Shown here piece after piece: positions 45,801 to 55,433 of a stretch of 64,000 nt of DNA. The stretch spans positions 1,287 through 65,286 of the forward strand of contig CANRGH010000009.1 in assembly GCA_947630135.1 (NCBI GenBank). The letters are read 5' to 3'. A program made the position numbers and the translations under genes. The notes beneath the pieces were generated by a model, which saw nothing but the letters and a program-made list of their open reading frames with translations, did no database searches and was not told where the DNA came from. This stretch comes from an uncultured Monoglobus sp. (GTDB lineage Bacteria > Bacillota > Clostridia > Monoglobales > Monoglobaceae). Positions within the stretch are counted from its first letter, which is position 1. Each line of letters starts with the position of its first letter.

Positions 45801-46732
45801 ACTTCTTCGGCTACGGGCCCGAGACAAACGTAACCGACGTTAAGCAGCAGTACAGCAGCAACAGCAATGACACGCACTTCTACTACATACCGCGCTCGCT
45901 GAAGAATGTGTCTGTGCTCAACAAGACAAATATATCCTACGGAACGTTTATGAACTGCCGCTATCTTGAAAGCATATCAATAGTAAGAGGCGCGGTGATA
46001 GACGAAAAGGCGTTTAACAACTGCTCGGCGCTTGTGAACGTGTCGCTGCCTTCGGATCTGACAGAGATCGGCTATGAGGCCTTCGCGGAGTGCGCGAACC
46101 TTAAAACGATAAACCTGCCGTTCACGAACACAAGCCTTGAAATAGGGGACTACGCGTTTTACAACTGCCTTAACCTTGAAGAGATAAGAGTTCCGTCAAA
46201 TGTCACCCGGATCGCGGACAAGGCGTTTATCGGCTCAAATATATTCCGCACGAGAGCCGCGGACGCGGCCGAGGCAGCGGCTGACGCGCCGATATTCTAT
46301 TGCCAGTCGGGCTCATACGCGGAGGAATACGCGATCCAAAACAACATCAATTACGAGACGATAAGCGCAGACGAGCTGAACGTCAAAACAACGTCGACGA
46401 CTGTGAGCGCGCTGTCGGACGGATCGTGCCTGTTTGACATAATAGACACGAGCGGACTCGGAAGAGGCGTGTTATTCGCGGCGCTTTACGACAGCGAGGA
46501 TAATTTGCTGAAGACCGAAACGCGGACTGTAAAGACCAATGACGCGGTTGAAACAAGAATAGAGATGCCGAAGTCGGAATGGTACGACAGCGGAGCCGCA
46601 TACGCAAAGATATTCCTTTGGGACAGCGTTGACGAGATGACACCGCTTTCAACCACGGTCGAGCAGATAGAGATGAGCCAAGTCAGACAAGAATACGAGT
46701 CCATGCCCGTCCCCGAAACTCCCGACATTTGA
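42884..46732 (+). CDS. Secreted BspA-like LRR surface protein (LRR3): an extra N-terminal LRR block plus a paralogue of LRR2
   Basis: Signal peptide; GVCGENLTW cap; IPDSVTSIGxxAFxxC repeats; second cap GGFSWDFTGDTLYLNGTGELPDY. Confidence 0.88.
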   Translation: MKKIKNKALCLIMAMIMTALTIPAAAIAAEDNGPQQENSVYDSPALTDEHSADEYAVDEHAVDEYAEAAATNGVCGENLTWSYSGYTLTISGTGPMYDFQDSAPPWSKFSALFPGDIKKVIISDGVTSIGHNAFDNCSLLTSITIPNSVTSIGSRAFLACDSLTSITIPDGMTSIGDGAFWACSSLKSINIPDSVTLIGELAFTYAALSRINVADNNPNYTSKDGVLFTKDMSTLVCYPPKKMTSDSYNIPTGVTSIGDHAFMKCDSLTSITIPDSMTSIGYEAFYRCSSLANINIPSSVTSISNSAFYCCYSLTNITIPSSVTSIGNSAFQSCISLKSVTIFNSEVSLLGNAVFNDCPSDIVIRGVKGSTVEEYTYANNITFNALGYISLELIDNDDSDSLTDFRIAAALNGFSAPDSVNIALSLPKGAQVNASTPTAGAEGLLTVEDDGSVSYLLTLPETPVSDGVIAEFDIKLESMLVKLFEAELLDGTYVMSGEETLSISDGSLMPASLTLPVGLESGTGGTTGGFSWDFTGDTLYLNGTGELPDYEEGGAPWFYGASQIKHIVFMNNAVTAIGKNAFFGLHNVIDANMPSGLLAVGEGAFNGCKSLQSVDFTENMSEGIGARAFKNCSSLTEIYVPERVSVIGEGAFEGCAGLTAITLPFVGSQVGSLNNTDTFNYIFGGAAPENLTTVTITNEVSLPQSAFEGCGHIKEINLLTDMQDIGEAAFKDCESLEKFDIDNGITTIRDYTFQNCASITSITVPDTVQNIGESAFDGCKSLQSVHIPDGITIIRNRTFKDCASITSIEIPESVTAIGEETLKGCIRLRTMVIPFVGSSYNPGMSGINYEGVFGYFFGKSTSETATKQGSDSYEIPPAVTKVEVLNTDPSSYIPPGAFINCSGIADILIDGGAKVYAEAFKNCRNLKNLYIPKSIDEIKSDILYGCTSLETLTVPFTGSDRNDLNTETSVLGYFFGYGPETNVTDVKQQYSSNSNDTHFYYIPRSLKNVSVLNKTNISYGTFMNCRYLESISIVRGAVIDEKAFNNCSALVNVSLPSDLTEIGYEAFAECANLKTINLPFTNTSLEIGDYAFYNCLNLEEIRVPSNVTRIADKAFIGSNIFRTRAADAAEAAADAPIFYCQSGSYAEEYAIQNNINYETISADELNVKTTSTTVSALSDGSCLFDIIDTSGLGRGVLFAALYDSEDNLLKTETRTVKTNDAVETRIEMPKSEWYDSGAAYAKIFLWDSVDEMTPLSTTVEQIEMSQVRQEYESMPVPETPDI
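43025..43084 (+). repeat. Four 15-bp tandem repeats (DE[HY][SA][AVE])
   Basis: GACGAGCACTCTGCT GACGAATACGCCGTA GACGAGCACGCCGTA GACGAATACGCCGAG. Confidence 0.9.
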
Positions 46733-46789
46733 GGAAAATCTATAATATTATCAAACGCAAAAAAATTAATTTCTTCCCAATTTAAACGC

Positions 46790-46817
46790 AAAGAGGCAGG
46801 CTCCGGCCTGTCTCTTT
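46790..46817 (+). terminator. Terminator of the LRR2-LRR3 operon
   Basis: AAAGAGGCAGG-CTCCGG-CCTGTCTCTTT. Confidence 0.8.
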
Positions 46818-46973
46818 CTCTTCTTCCTCTTTCGGGAAATTTTCTTTTTTTAAAATACGGTAAATTTTCTTTTTTAAAATAACTGTTGAATTTATCTGTA
46901 TTGTTATGTTATAATATTATTTATGCACATAAACGAAGCAAATAAAAATTTCAGACACAACGGAGATGATATT

Positions 46974-48944
46974 GTGGACTTTAAGGTTGTTTCAAATTAC
47001 GCGCCCGCGGGCGACCAGCCCAAGGCCGTGAAAGAGCTTGCCGACGGCATTCTTCGCGGCGACAAGTTCCAGACCCTTCTCGGAGTCACGGGAAGCGGCA
47101 AGACCTTCACCATGGCCAACGTTATCGAGAAGGTCCAGAAGCCCACTCTTGTCCTCGCCCACAACAAGACTCTGGCGGCCCAGCTTTGCAGCGAGTTCAA
47201 AGAGATATTCCCGAATAACGCCGTGGAATACTTCGTGTCGTACTATGACTACTATCAGCCCGAGGCGTATATCCCGTACACCGACACATATATCGAAAAA
47301 GATGCCGACACCAACGAAGAGATCGACAAGCTGCGCCACAGCGCCACGGCCGCGCTGTTCGAGCGGCGCGACGTCATAATCGTGGCCAGCGTGTCATGCA
47401 TTTACGGCCTCGGCGACCCGATCGACTACAATAATATGGTAATATCTCTGCGCCCGGGAATGACTAAGGACAGAGACGACGTCATCGCCAAGCTGATCGA
47501 GATAAAATACGAGAGGAACGACATTGATTTTTCGAGAAACAAGTTCCGCGTCCGCGGCGACGTTATCGACATATTCCCGTCCGACGCATACAGCACCGCG
47601 ATACGGGTCGAGTTTTTCGGCGACGAGGTCGACAGGATAACCGAAATAAACGTTGTGACCGGCGAGGTCATAGGTGAGCGCAAGCACATAGCGATATACC
47701 CCGCCTCGCACTATGTCACGACCCCCGAAAAGCGCGAGCGCGCGCTGGTCAGCATTGAACAGGAGCTTGAGGAACGGCTCAAGGAACTAAGGGCGAACGA
47801 CAAGCTCGTTGAGGCGCAGCGGCTTGAGCAGCGCACCAAATACGACATGGAAATGCTGCGCGAGACAGGATTTTGCAGCGGAATTGAGAACTATTCCCGC
47901 CACATCAGCGGCAGAGCGCCGGGCAGCGCGCCGTTCACGCTGATAGACTATCTGCCAAAGGATTTTCTGCTTTTTGTCGACGAGAGCCATGTCACCCTGC
48001 CGCAGGTGCGCGCGATGTACAACGGCGATCGGGCAAGAAAGGAAAACCTTGTGAAATACGGGTTCAGGCTCCCCTCGGCCTTCGACAACAGGCCGCTCAC
48101 GTTCGACGAGTTCTGGGGAAAGCTCAATCAGGCCGTGTTCGTCTCGGCGACCCCGGCGGAATTTGAAAAAGAGCGGTCAACGCGGATCGTCGAGCAGGTC
48201 ATCCGCCCCACCGGTCTTGTGGATCCCGAGGTCGAGGTGCGGCCGATCCACGGTCAGGTCGATGACCTGTACAGCGAGATAATCGAGCGCACCAAACGCG
48301 ACGAGCGCGTTCTTGTGACGACTCTGACAAAAAAGATGGCCGAGCGCCTCACCGAATATTTTGACGATCTGGGAGTCAAGGTCAGGTACCTGCACTCCGA
48401 CGTCAAGACGATAGAGCGCATGGAGATCATCCGCGACCTGCGCCTCGGCGAGTTCGACGTGCTCGTGGGAATAAACCTGCTGCGCGAGGGACTTGACATT
48501 CCGGAGGTTTCGCTGGTCGCGATCCTCGACGCCGACAAGGAAGGATTTCTGAGAAGCGAGACCTCGCTTGTCCAGACGATAGGCAGAGCCGCGAGAAACG
48601 CCGGGGGCAAGGTCATAATGTACGCCGATGAAATAACGTCCTCGATGAGATACGCGATAAACGAGACAAACCGGCGCAGGGAGATACAGAAGGAATTCAA
48701 CCGCGAGCACGGCATTGTGCCAAAGACCATAAACAAGCAGGTGCACGAGGTCATCGAGGCCACCACCGAGCTCGCCAAGTCGGAAAAGGGCAGAAAAGCC
48801 AGGGAAAACGAAAAGAGGATCGTCGACAGAGACCGCGCAATCGCGGAGCTCACGATCGACATGAAAAAAGCCGCCGAGCTGCTGCAGTTTGAGCTCGCGG
48901 CGCAGATCCGCGACGAGATAAGACGTCTCGGCGGAGATATATAG
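46974..48944 (+). CDS. uvrB: Excinuclease ABC subunit B
   Basis: GTG start at 46974 (RBS GGAG); [37 protein letters not shown] tail. Confidence 0.97.
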   Translation: MDFKVVSNYAPAGDQPKAVKELADGILRGDKFQTLLGVTGSGKTFTMANVIEKVQKPTLVLAHNKTLAAQLCSEFKEIFPNNAVEYFVSYYDYYQPEAYIPYTDTYIEKDADTNEEIDKLRHSATAALFERRDVIIVASVSCIYGLGDPIDYNNMVISLRPGMTKDRDDVIAKLIEIKYERNDIDFSRNKFRVRGDVIDIFPSDAYSTAIRVEFFGDEVDRITEINVVTGEVIGERKHIAIYPASHYVTTPEKRERALVSIEQELEERLKELRANDKLVEAQRLEQRTKYDMEMLRETGFCSGIENYSRHISGRAPGSAPFTLIDYLPKDFLLFVDESHVTLPQVRAMYNGDRARKENLVKYGFRLPSAFDNRPLTFDEFWGKLNQAVFVSATPAEFEKERSTRIVEQVIRPTGLVDPEVEVRPIHGQVDDLYSEIIERTKRDERVLVTTLTKKMAERLTEYFDDLGVKVRYLHSDVKTIERMEIIRDLRLGEFDVLVGINLLREGLDIPEVSLVAILDADKEGFLRSETSLVQTIGRAARNAGGKVIMYADEITSSMRYAINETNRRREIQKEFNREHGIVPKTINKQVHEVIEATTELAKSEKGRKARENEKRIVDRDRAIAELTIDMKKAAELLQFELAAQIRDEIRRLGGDI

Positions 48945-48955
48945 GAGAACAGATC

Positions 48956-51802
48956 ATGAACAAAAACATTATTGTAAAAGGAGCGGGCGAAAACAATCTC
49001 AAAAAAATCAACGTTGAGATACCGCGCGACAAGCTTGTTGTGCTGACGGGACTCAGCGGCTCGGGAAAATCGTCGCTCGCCTTTGACACGATTTACGCCG
49101 AGGGACAGCGCAGATATGTCGAGTCGCTCTCGGCTTACGCCCGCATGTTTCTGGGCCAGATGGACAAGCCCGAGGTCGAGTCGATCGACGGGCTTTCACC
49201 CGCTATCTCGATCGACCAGAAGACAACCTCGCGCAACCCGCGTTCCACGGTGGGCACCGTCACCGAGGTTTACGACTATATCCGTCTGCTCTACGCGAGA
49301 ATAGGAATACTCCACTGCCCGAAATGCGGCAAGGAGATAAAGCCCCAGTCGATCGACCAGATCATCGACGCGGTGAAGGCCCTACCCGAGCGCACGAGAA
49401 TTCAGATCATGGCGCCGGTAGTCCGCGGCAGAAAGGGCGAGTATGTCAAAACATTCGACGACGCCCGCAAAAAGGGCTTTGTCCGCGCGCGGATCGACGG
49501 CACTGTGGTTGAGATAACCGACATGGAGATCCGCCTTGACAAACAGAAAAAGCACAATATCGACATTATCGTCGACCGCCTTGTTATCAAAGACGGTATG
49601 GACAAGCGCCTCGCGGACTCTCTGGAGATCGCCCTTAACATGGGCCACGGCCTTGTGACAGTCGATATAATCGACGGCGACGAGCTGCATTTCTCGCAAA
49701 ACTACGCCTGCGACGACTGCGGAATAAATATAGAGGAGCTGACGCCGAGAATGTTCTCGTTCAACACTCCCTACGGCGCGTGCCCGGAATGCTCGGGCCT
49801 CGGCAGCATTGTCAAAATCGACCCCGATCTTGTTATCCCTGACAAATCGCTCTCGATAAACGAGGGCGCAATCACGGCCACCGGCTGGAGCAACGCGGAC
49901 AAAAACTCGATCGCCAGCATGTACTACGCGGGCCTCGCGGAGCATTACGGTTTCAGCCTTGACACTCCGGTCGAGGACCTGCCCGAGAACATAGTCAACA
50001 TCATCCTCTACGGCACCGGCAGCGAAAAAATCAAGCTCACCTATGACCGCAAATATTCAAAGGGCTATCAATACGCGAGGTTTGAAGGCGTGATAAACAA
50101 TCTGAGCCGCCGCCACAGCGAGACAAATTCCGAATGGATGAAGGCCGAGATCGAGAGCTACATGGTCAACATGCCGTGCCACGCCTGTCACGGCGCGAGG
50201 CTCAGACCCGAATCGCTCGCTGTCACGATAAAGGACCTCAACATAACTCAAGTCACCGACATGTCGATCTCCGACGCCTGCGAGTTTTTTGAAAACCTGA
50301 CCGACAGGCTGACCGACCGTGAAAAGCACATAGCGCGGCAGGTCATGAAAGAAATATGCGACCGGCTTAAGTTTTTGAGAAACGTCGGCCTTGAATACCT
50401 CCGCCTTTCGCGGAGCGCGGGAACCCTGAGCGGCGGCGAGGCCCAGAGAATAAGGCTCGCCACCCAGATCGGATCAAGCCTTATGGGCGTCGTGTATATA
50501 CTTGACGAGCCGAGCATAGGCCTGCACCAACGCGACAACTCAAAGTTGATCGAGACCTTGAAGGATCTTCGCGATCTGGGCAATACTCTGATCGTTGTCG
50601 AGCACGACGAGGACACGATTTTGAGCGCCGACCACGTTATCGACATAGGTCCCGGCGCGGGCATTCACGGCGGCGAGATCGTAGCGCAGGGAACCCCCGC
50701 CGACATCATGGCCTGCGAGGAGTCGCTGACCGGGCAATATCTTTCGGGAAAGAAGTTTATCCCCGTTCCGAAGAAGCGCAGAAAGGGAAACGGACACAAG
50801 CTTGAGATAAAGGGCTGCCGCGAGAACAATTTAAAAAACATTAACATAAAAATCCCTCTCGGCACGTTCACCTGCGTCACCGGCGTTTCGGGCAGCGGCA
50901 AAAGCTCATTCGTCAACGAGATACTCTATAAGCATCTGTCGAACGTACTCAACCACGCCAAAAAGCATCCGGGAAAATTCACAAGCATGAAGGGCGCCGA
51001 ATTCCTTGACAAGGTCATAGACATTGACCAGTCGCCGATCGGCAGGACGCCGAGGAGCAACCCCGCCACCTACACCGGGCTGTTTTCCGATATACGCGAG
51101 CTTTTCGCGGCCACGCAGGAGGCCAAGGCGAGGGGCTACAAATCGGGCAGGTTCAGCTTTAACGTCAAGGGCGGACGCTGCGAGGCCTGCGCGGGCGACG
51201 GAATAATCAAGATCGAGATGCACTTTCTGCCCGATGTTTATGTGCCGTGCGAGGTCTGTGGAGGCAAGAGATACAACCGCGAAACGCTCGAGGTCCGCTA
51301 CAAGGGCAAGAATATTTACGAGGTCCTCGACATGACGGTCGAGGAGGGCTGCGAGTTCTTTGAGAACGTGCCAAAGATCCGCCGCAAGCTTCAGACAATG
51401 TTCGACGTGGGCCTCGGCTATATCAAGATCGGCCAGCCGTCAACAACGCTGTCGGGAGGCGAGGCGCAGCGCGTCAAGCTCGCCACGGAACTCAGCCGCA
51501 GAAGCACCGGAAAGACGATATATATCCTCGACGAGCCCACGACCGGCCTGCACACGGCCGACGTGCACATGCTGATCGACGTGCTGCAGAAACTTGTCGA
51601 CGCGGGCAACACCGTCGTTGTGATCGAACACAATCTTGACGTTATCAAGACCGCCGACTATATTATCGACCTCGGCCCCGAGGGCGGAGACAACGGCGGC
51701 ACGGTAGTCGCCTGCGGAACACCCGAAAAGGTCGCGAAATGCGAGGACTCCTACACCGGAGTTTTCCTGAAGGAATACCTTAAGAAAAACAAAAACAAAT
51801 AA
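48956..51802 (+). CDS. uvrA: Excinuclease ABC subunit A
   Basis: Two ABC ATPase domains ([26 protein letters not shown]) and zinc fingers. Confidence 0.98.
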   Translation: MNKNIIVKGAGENNLKKINVEIPRDKLVVLTGLSGSGKSSLAFDTIYAEGQRRYVESLSAYARMFLGQMDKPEVESIDGLSPAISIDQKTTSRNPRSTVGTVTEVYDYIRLLYARIGILHCPKCGKEIKPQSIDQIIDAVKALPERTRIQIMAPVVRGRKGEYVKTFDDARKKGFVRARIDGTVVEITDMEIRLDKQKKHNIDIIVDRLVIKDGMDKRLADSLEIALNMGHGLVTVDIIDGDELHFSQNYACDDCGINIEELTPRMFSFNTPYGACPECSGLGSIVKIDPDLVIPDKSLSINEGAITATGWSNADKNSIASMYYAGLAEHYGFSLDTPVEDLPENIVNIILYGTGSEKIKLTYDRKYSKGYQYARFEGVINNLSRRHSETNSEWMKAEIESYMVNMPCHACHGARLRPESLAVTIKDLNITQVTDMSISDACEFFENLTDRLTDREKHIARQVMKEICDRLKFLRNVGLEYLRLSRSAGTLSGGEAQRIRLATQIGSSLMGVVYILDEPSIGLHQRDNSKLIETLKDLRDLGNTLIVVEHDEDTILSADHVIDIGPGAGIHGGEIVAQGTPADIMACEESLTGQYLSGKKFIPVPKKRRKGNGHKLEIKGCRENNLKNINIKIPLGTFTCVTGVSGSGKSSFVNEILYKHLSNVLNHAKKHPGKFTSMKGAEFLDKVIDIDQSPIGRTPRSNPATYTGLFSDIRELFAATQEAKARGYKSGRFSFNVKGGRCEACAGDGIIKIEMHFLPDVYVPCEVCGGKRYNRETLEVRYKGKNIYEVLDMTVEEGCEFFENVPKIRRKLQTMFDVGLGYIKIGQPSTTLSGGEAQRVKLATELSRRSTGKTIYILDEPTTGLHTADVHMLIDVLQKLVDAGNTVVVIEHNLDVIKTADYIIDLGPEGGDNGGTVVACGTPEKVAKCEDSYTGVFLKEYLKKNKNK

Positions 51803-51809
51803 ATCACGG

Positions 51810-51862
51810 GCAAATATTTTCTTATAATATTTATTGACAAATATTTGCGTCAATGTTATACT
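51810..51862 (+). promoter_or_regulatory. SigA promoter with a 10-bp inverted repeat flanking the -35
   Basis: TTGACA (51834-51839)-17-TATACT; GCAAATATTT (51810-51819) and AAATATTTGC (51839-51848). Confidence 0.72.
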
Positions 51863-51914
51863 TTAACCTGTGTTGTTTTTAAAAATGATTACCAATAATA
51901 TAAGGAGAAATGAA

Positions 51915-54230
51915 ATGGACAACAATTTGGACGCAAGAATTAAAGACGTCGCGGAGCGAATTAAGACGCTTCGCGAGATCATCGGCATGAGCGAGGAGAC
52001 CGCGGCCGAAAAGACCTCGGTCAGCCTTGAGAAGTACCGCATGATCGAAAAGGGCGAAAGCGATTTCAGCTTTTCGTTCATCTGCCTGTGCGCGAGAGTG
52101 TTCGGCGTTGACGTTACCGACCTGCTCGAGGGCCAAAGCGCCACGCTTTCGGGCTATGAACTGACTCGCGCGGGCGAGGGCATGAAGATCGTGCGCCGCA
52201 AGGAGTTTGAGTACAACAACCTCGCTCCTTATTTCAAGAACAGAATAGCGGAGCCCTTCCTTGTTACCGCGCCTTTTTCCGAGGCCGAGCAGCACAAGGA
52301 GATCAAGCTTGCCAAGCACGAGGGTCAAGAGCTTGACATAGTTGTCAGCGGAACCCTCAAGATACAGATAGGCAAGAACATTGAGACCTTAAACGCCGGC
52401 GACAGCATTTACTATGACAGCAAAACGCCCCACGGCATGATCGCGGTGGGCGGCGAGCCCTGCGAATTTTACGCCATGGTATTCACGGGCGGCAGAGAGA
52501 CGAACTATATCGAGGACGTTGACATGCCTGCCGTCAAGCCTCTTCCGAAAAGAGAGGAAACAGGACACAGGATATATGACGATTACGTTAAAATGGGCTT
52601 TGACGAGAACGGTGTTATCAATTCGATCAAGTTCATTGACGAGGAAAAGTTCAACTTCACATTTGACATAGTTGACAAAATGGCGCAGCGCGACCCCGAC
52701 AAGCCCGCCATGCTGTGGCTTTCCAAGGACAAGGAAGAACGCCTTTTCACCTTCTCGGATATGAGCAAGCTTTCGGCGCAGGCCGCGCACTACTTTAAGT
52801 CCCTGGGCATCAAGAAGGGCGACAGGGTAATGCTCGTACTCAAGCGTCACTATCAGTTCTGGATCGCAATACTGGCCCTGCACAGAATAGGCGCGATCGT
52901 TATCCCCGCCACCAACCTTCTGGTCGAGCATGACTTTGACTACAGATTTAAGGCCGCGGGCGTATCGGCGATCGTCTGCACCGCCGACGGCGACACCGCA
53001 CATCAGGCGGAGCTCGGCGCGAACAACTGCGACTTTGATATCCTCAAGATCATCGTTAACGGGAACCGCGAAGGCTGGCTGAACTTCGACGAGGGAATAA
53101 AAGAATTCAGCGACGTGTTCGAGCGTCCGACCAATCCCGACGAGACGGCCTGCGGCAGCGAGATAATGCTGATGTATTTCACCTCCGGAACGACCGGTTA
53201 CCCCAAGATCGCGGCGCAGAGCCACAAATACCCCCTGGGCCATTTTCTGACCGCCAAGTGCTGGCACAACGTTAACCCGAACCGCAACGGTCTGCACTTC
53301 ACGATCTCCGACACCGGCTGGGGCAAAGCTCTCTGGGGCAAGCTCTACGGCCAGTGGATGAGCGAGGGCGCGACGTTTACATACGACTTTGACAAGTTCC
53401 ACGCCGAGGATATTCTTCCTCTGTTCGCGAAATATAAGATCACAACGTTCTGCGCGCCGCCCACAATGTTCAGGTTCTTCATCAAAGAGGACCTTGGCAA
53501 GTATGACCTGTCGTCGATCGAATACGCGACCACGGCAGGCGAGGCGCTTAACCCCGAGGTTTACAACCAGTTCTTCAAGCACACGGGTCTCAGAATAATG
53601 GAGGGCTTCGGCCAGACAGAGACGACGCTTGTTCTGGGCAACTTCGTCGGCATGGAGCCCAAGCCCGGCTCAATGGGCAAACCCAGCCCGCTTTATAAGG
53701 TTGAGATCCTTCTGCCCGACGGCAAGCCCGCGGGAGTTGGCGAGGTCGGCGAGATCTGCATAAACACGAAGGACGGAGCACCCTGCGGACTGTTTACCTG
53801 CTATTACAACAATGACGAGCTTACGCGCGAGGCATGGCATGACGGCTATTACCACACGGGCGACACCGCGTGGAGAGACGAGGACGGCTATTTCTGGTAT
53901 GTCGGCAGGACTGACGACGTTATCAAGTCCTCGGGCTACCGCATCGGCCCCTTTGAGATTGAGAGCGTTATCATGGAGCTCCCCTACGTTCTGGAGTGCG
54001 CGATAACTGCCGCTCCCGACCCGATCCGCGGTCAGGTAGTAAAGGCCACGATCGTTCTCGTCAAGGGCAAACAGGGCAGCGACGAGCTCAAGAAAGAGAT
54101 CCAAAACTATGTGAAAAAGCACACCGCGCCTTATAAATACCCGAGAATTGTGGAGTTTGTTGACGAGCTTCCCAAGACCATAAGCGGCAAGATAAGACGC
54201 GTTGAGATCAGAGAAAACGACAAAGCGTAA
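51915..54230 (+). CDS. XRE-HTH / cupin / acyl-CoA synthetase (AMP-forming, ACSM-like) fusion protein
   Basis: AERIKTLRE...IEKGESD HTH; HEGQE...LNAGDSIYYDSKTPHG cupin; YFTSGTTGYPK, EGFGQTET, YHTGD, PKTISGKIRR. Confidence 0.88.
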   Translation: MDNNLDARIKDVAERIKTLREIIGMSEETAAEKTSVSLEKYRMIEKGESDFSFSFICLCARVFGVDVTDLLEGQSATLSGYELTRAGEGMKIVRRKEFEYNNLAPYFKNRIAEPFLVTAPFSEAEQHKEIKLAKHEGQELDIVVSGTLKIQIGKNIETLNAGDSIYYDSKTPHGMIAVGGEPCEFYAMVFTGGRETNYIEDVDMPAVKPLPKREETGHRIYDDYVKMGFDENGVINSIKFIDEEKFNFTFDIVDKMAQRDPDKPAMLWLSKDKEERLFTFSDMSKLSAQAAHYFKSLGIKKGDRVMLVLKRHYQFWIAILALHRIGAIVIPATNLLVEHDFDYRFKAAGVSAIVCTADGDTAHQAELGANNCDFDILKIIVNGNREGWLNFDEGIKEFSDVFERPTNPDETACGSEIMLMYFTSGTTGYPKIAAQSHKYPLGHFLTAKCWHNVNPNRNGLHFTISDTGWGKALWGKLYGQWMSEGATFTYDFDKFHAEDILPLFAKYKITTFCAPPTMFRFFIKEDLGKYDLSSIEYATTAGEALNPEVYNQFFKHTGLRIMEGFGQTETTLVLGNFVGMEPKPGSMGKPSPLYKVEILLPDGKPAGVGEVGEICINTKDGAPCGLFTCYYNNDELTREAWHDGYYHTGDTAWRDEDGYFWYVGRTDDVIKSSGYRIGPFEIESVIMELPYVLECAITAAPDPIRGQVVKATIVLVKGKQGSDELKKEIQNYVKKHTAPYKYPRIVEFVDELPKTISGKIRRVEIRENDKA

Positions 54231-54337
54231 AAAGGCTAAAAACATGTAAAGATGTCAGGTTATACCAATAATTTGACATCTTTGCTTTTCCACGGAACTT
54301 TTACGCGATTTAATTCGTCTTATAATCAAAATAAGTG

Positions 54338-54366
54338 TTGCATGTTTAAAAATATTATAGTATAAT
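54338..54366 (+). promoter_or_regulatory. SigA promoter
   Basis: TTGCAT-17-TATAAT. Confidence 0.75.
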
Positions 54367-54410
54367 ATTTTATATAAATTTATTAAAGTCAGGAAGTTAG
54401 GAAGATTAAT

Positions 54411-55388
54411 ATGAAAAAACTGATCAGTACTGTTTTAAGCATAACGATAATTTTGGGGCTGTTTTGCGGGCTGACTATGACCGCCGAAGCCGCGTCGCCG
54501 ATACAGAACATATACGTTAACGGCAGCGCGCTGAAATTCAGCGAGGCCGAACGCCCGTTTATCATGGGCGAGGGAGACAACGGCAGGACCATGGTTCCGC
54601 TGCGCGCCGTTTCCGAGGCGCTCGGCGCGACGGTTTACTGGATCGATCAGGTCGACGGAAAGCCCGCCAAGAGAATACAGATCGTGAGATACGACACCAC
54701 GCTCAGGCTCGATATCGGCCTTCCCACCATGTATGTGTATAAAATAGCTTATGACGAGGAAGAGGGCCAGCAGGACCAGAAGCAGACAGAAACGGTTGAG
54801 CTTGACGCGCCCGCGTTCCAGGGCGACGAGACAAGGGATTACAGAACATTTGTTCCAATCCGCGCCGTGACCGAGGCCTTCGGAGCCGAGATCAACGCCG
54901 TGTTCGCCGACAGCGACGAGAGCCGCGTTGACAGACCGATGAACGTTTATATCGTTGACACCTATGACGGCTCGAACGAGAACAAGGTAACAATCGCCGA
55001 GCTTTACGACAGCGTTGACATCAGCCAGTCGACTCTGATCTCGACTGTCGGAACCATAACCAAGATCGACTCAAAATATTATCTTCAGGACGAGAACGAG
55101 TCCTATAAGATGATCGAGCTTAAGAGTATTCCGGACATTGAAAATTTCTGGACCCAGCAGCTCGGCGCGCCCAACAACAACCCGGTCGGCATAAAAGTAA
55201 AGATCACCGGCATGGTTGACAAGGACAATAACAATAACTATTCAATGGTGCTGCGCCGCGGCTCAACGGGAATGCTGCCGGCAGCGACCGCGCAGACAGC
55301 CTCTCCCGAGGCGTCGTCCGACGAGCCCGCACCGACGCCGAGAAGAAGCCGCCTCACCGAGAACGTTGAGGACGGCGCGGCTGAATAA
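54411..55388 (+). CDS. Secreted copper-amine-oxidase-N domain protein of unknown function
   Basis: Signal peptide; NGRTMVPLRAVSEALGA, RTFVPIRAVTEAFGA. Confidence 0.75.
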   Translation: MKKLISTVLSITIILGLFCGLTMTAEAASPIQNIYVNGSALKFSEAERPFIMGEGDNGRTMVPLRAVSEALGATVYWIDQVDGKPAKRIQIVRYDTTLRLDIGLPTMYVYKIAYDEEEGQQDQKQTETVELDAPAFQGDETRDYRTFVPIRAVTEAFGAEINAVFADSDESRVDRPMNVYIVDTYDGSNENKVTIAELYDSVDISQSTLISTVGTITKIDSKYYLQDENESYKMIELKSIPDIENFWTQQLGAPNNNPVGIKVKITGMVDKDNNNNYSMVLRRGSTGMLPAATAQTASPEASSDEPAPTPRRSRLTENVEDGAAE

Positions 55389-55402
55389 AAACGACATAGC
55401 AA

Positions 55403-55429
55403 AAGCCCCGCGGATTTTCCGCGGGGCTT
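55403..55429. terminator. Bidirectional terminator
   Basis: AAGCCCCGCGGA/TCCGCGGGGCTT. Confidence 0.85.
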
Positions 55430-55433
55430 GATT

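Noticed and set aside
46700-46732. Sortase LPxTG anchor at the LRR3 end (VPETPDI)
   Set aside because: No Gly, and no following hydrophobic segment or basic tail
46830-46973. LexA (CGAAC-N4-GTTCG) box upstream of uvrB or uvrC
   Set aside because: No adequate match; only a duplicated ~20-nt AT tract (AAATTTTCTTTTTT-AAAATA), probably an UP-like element
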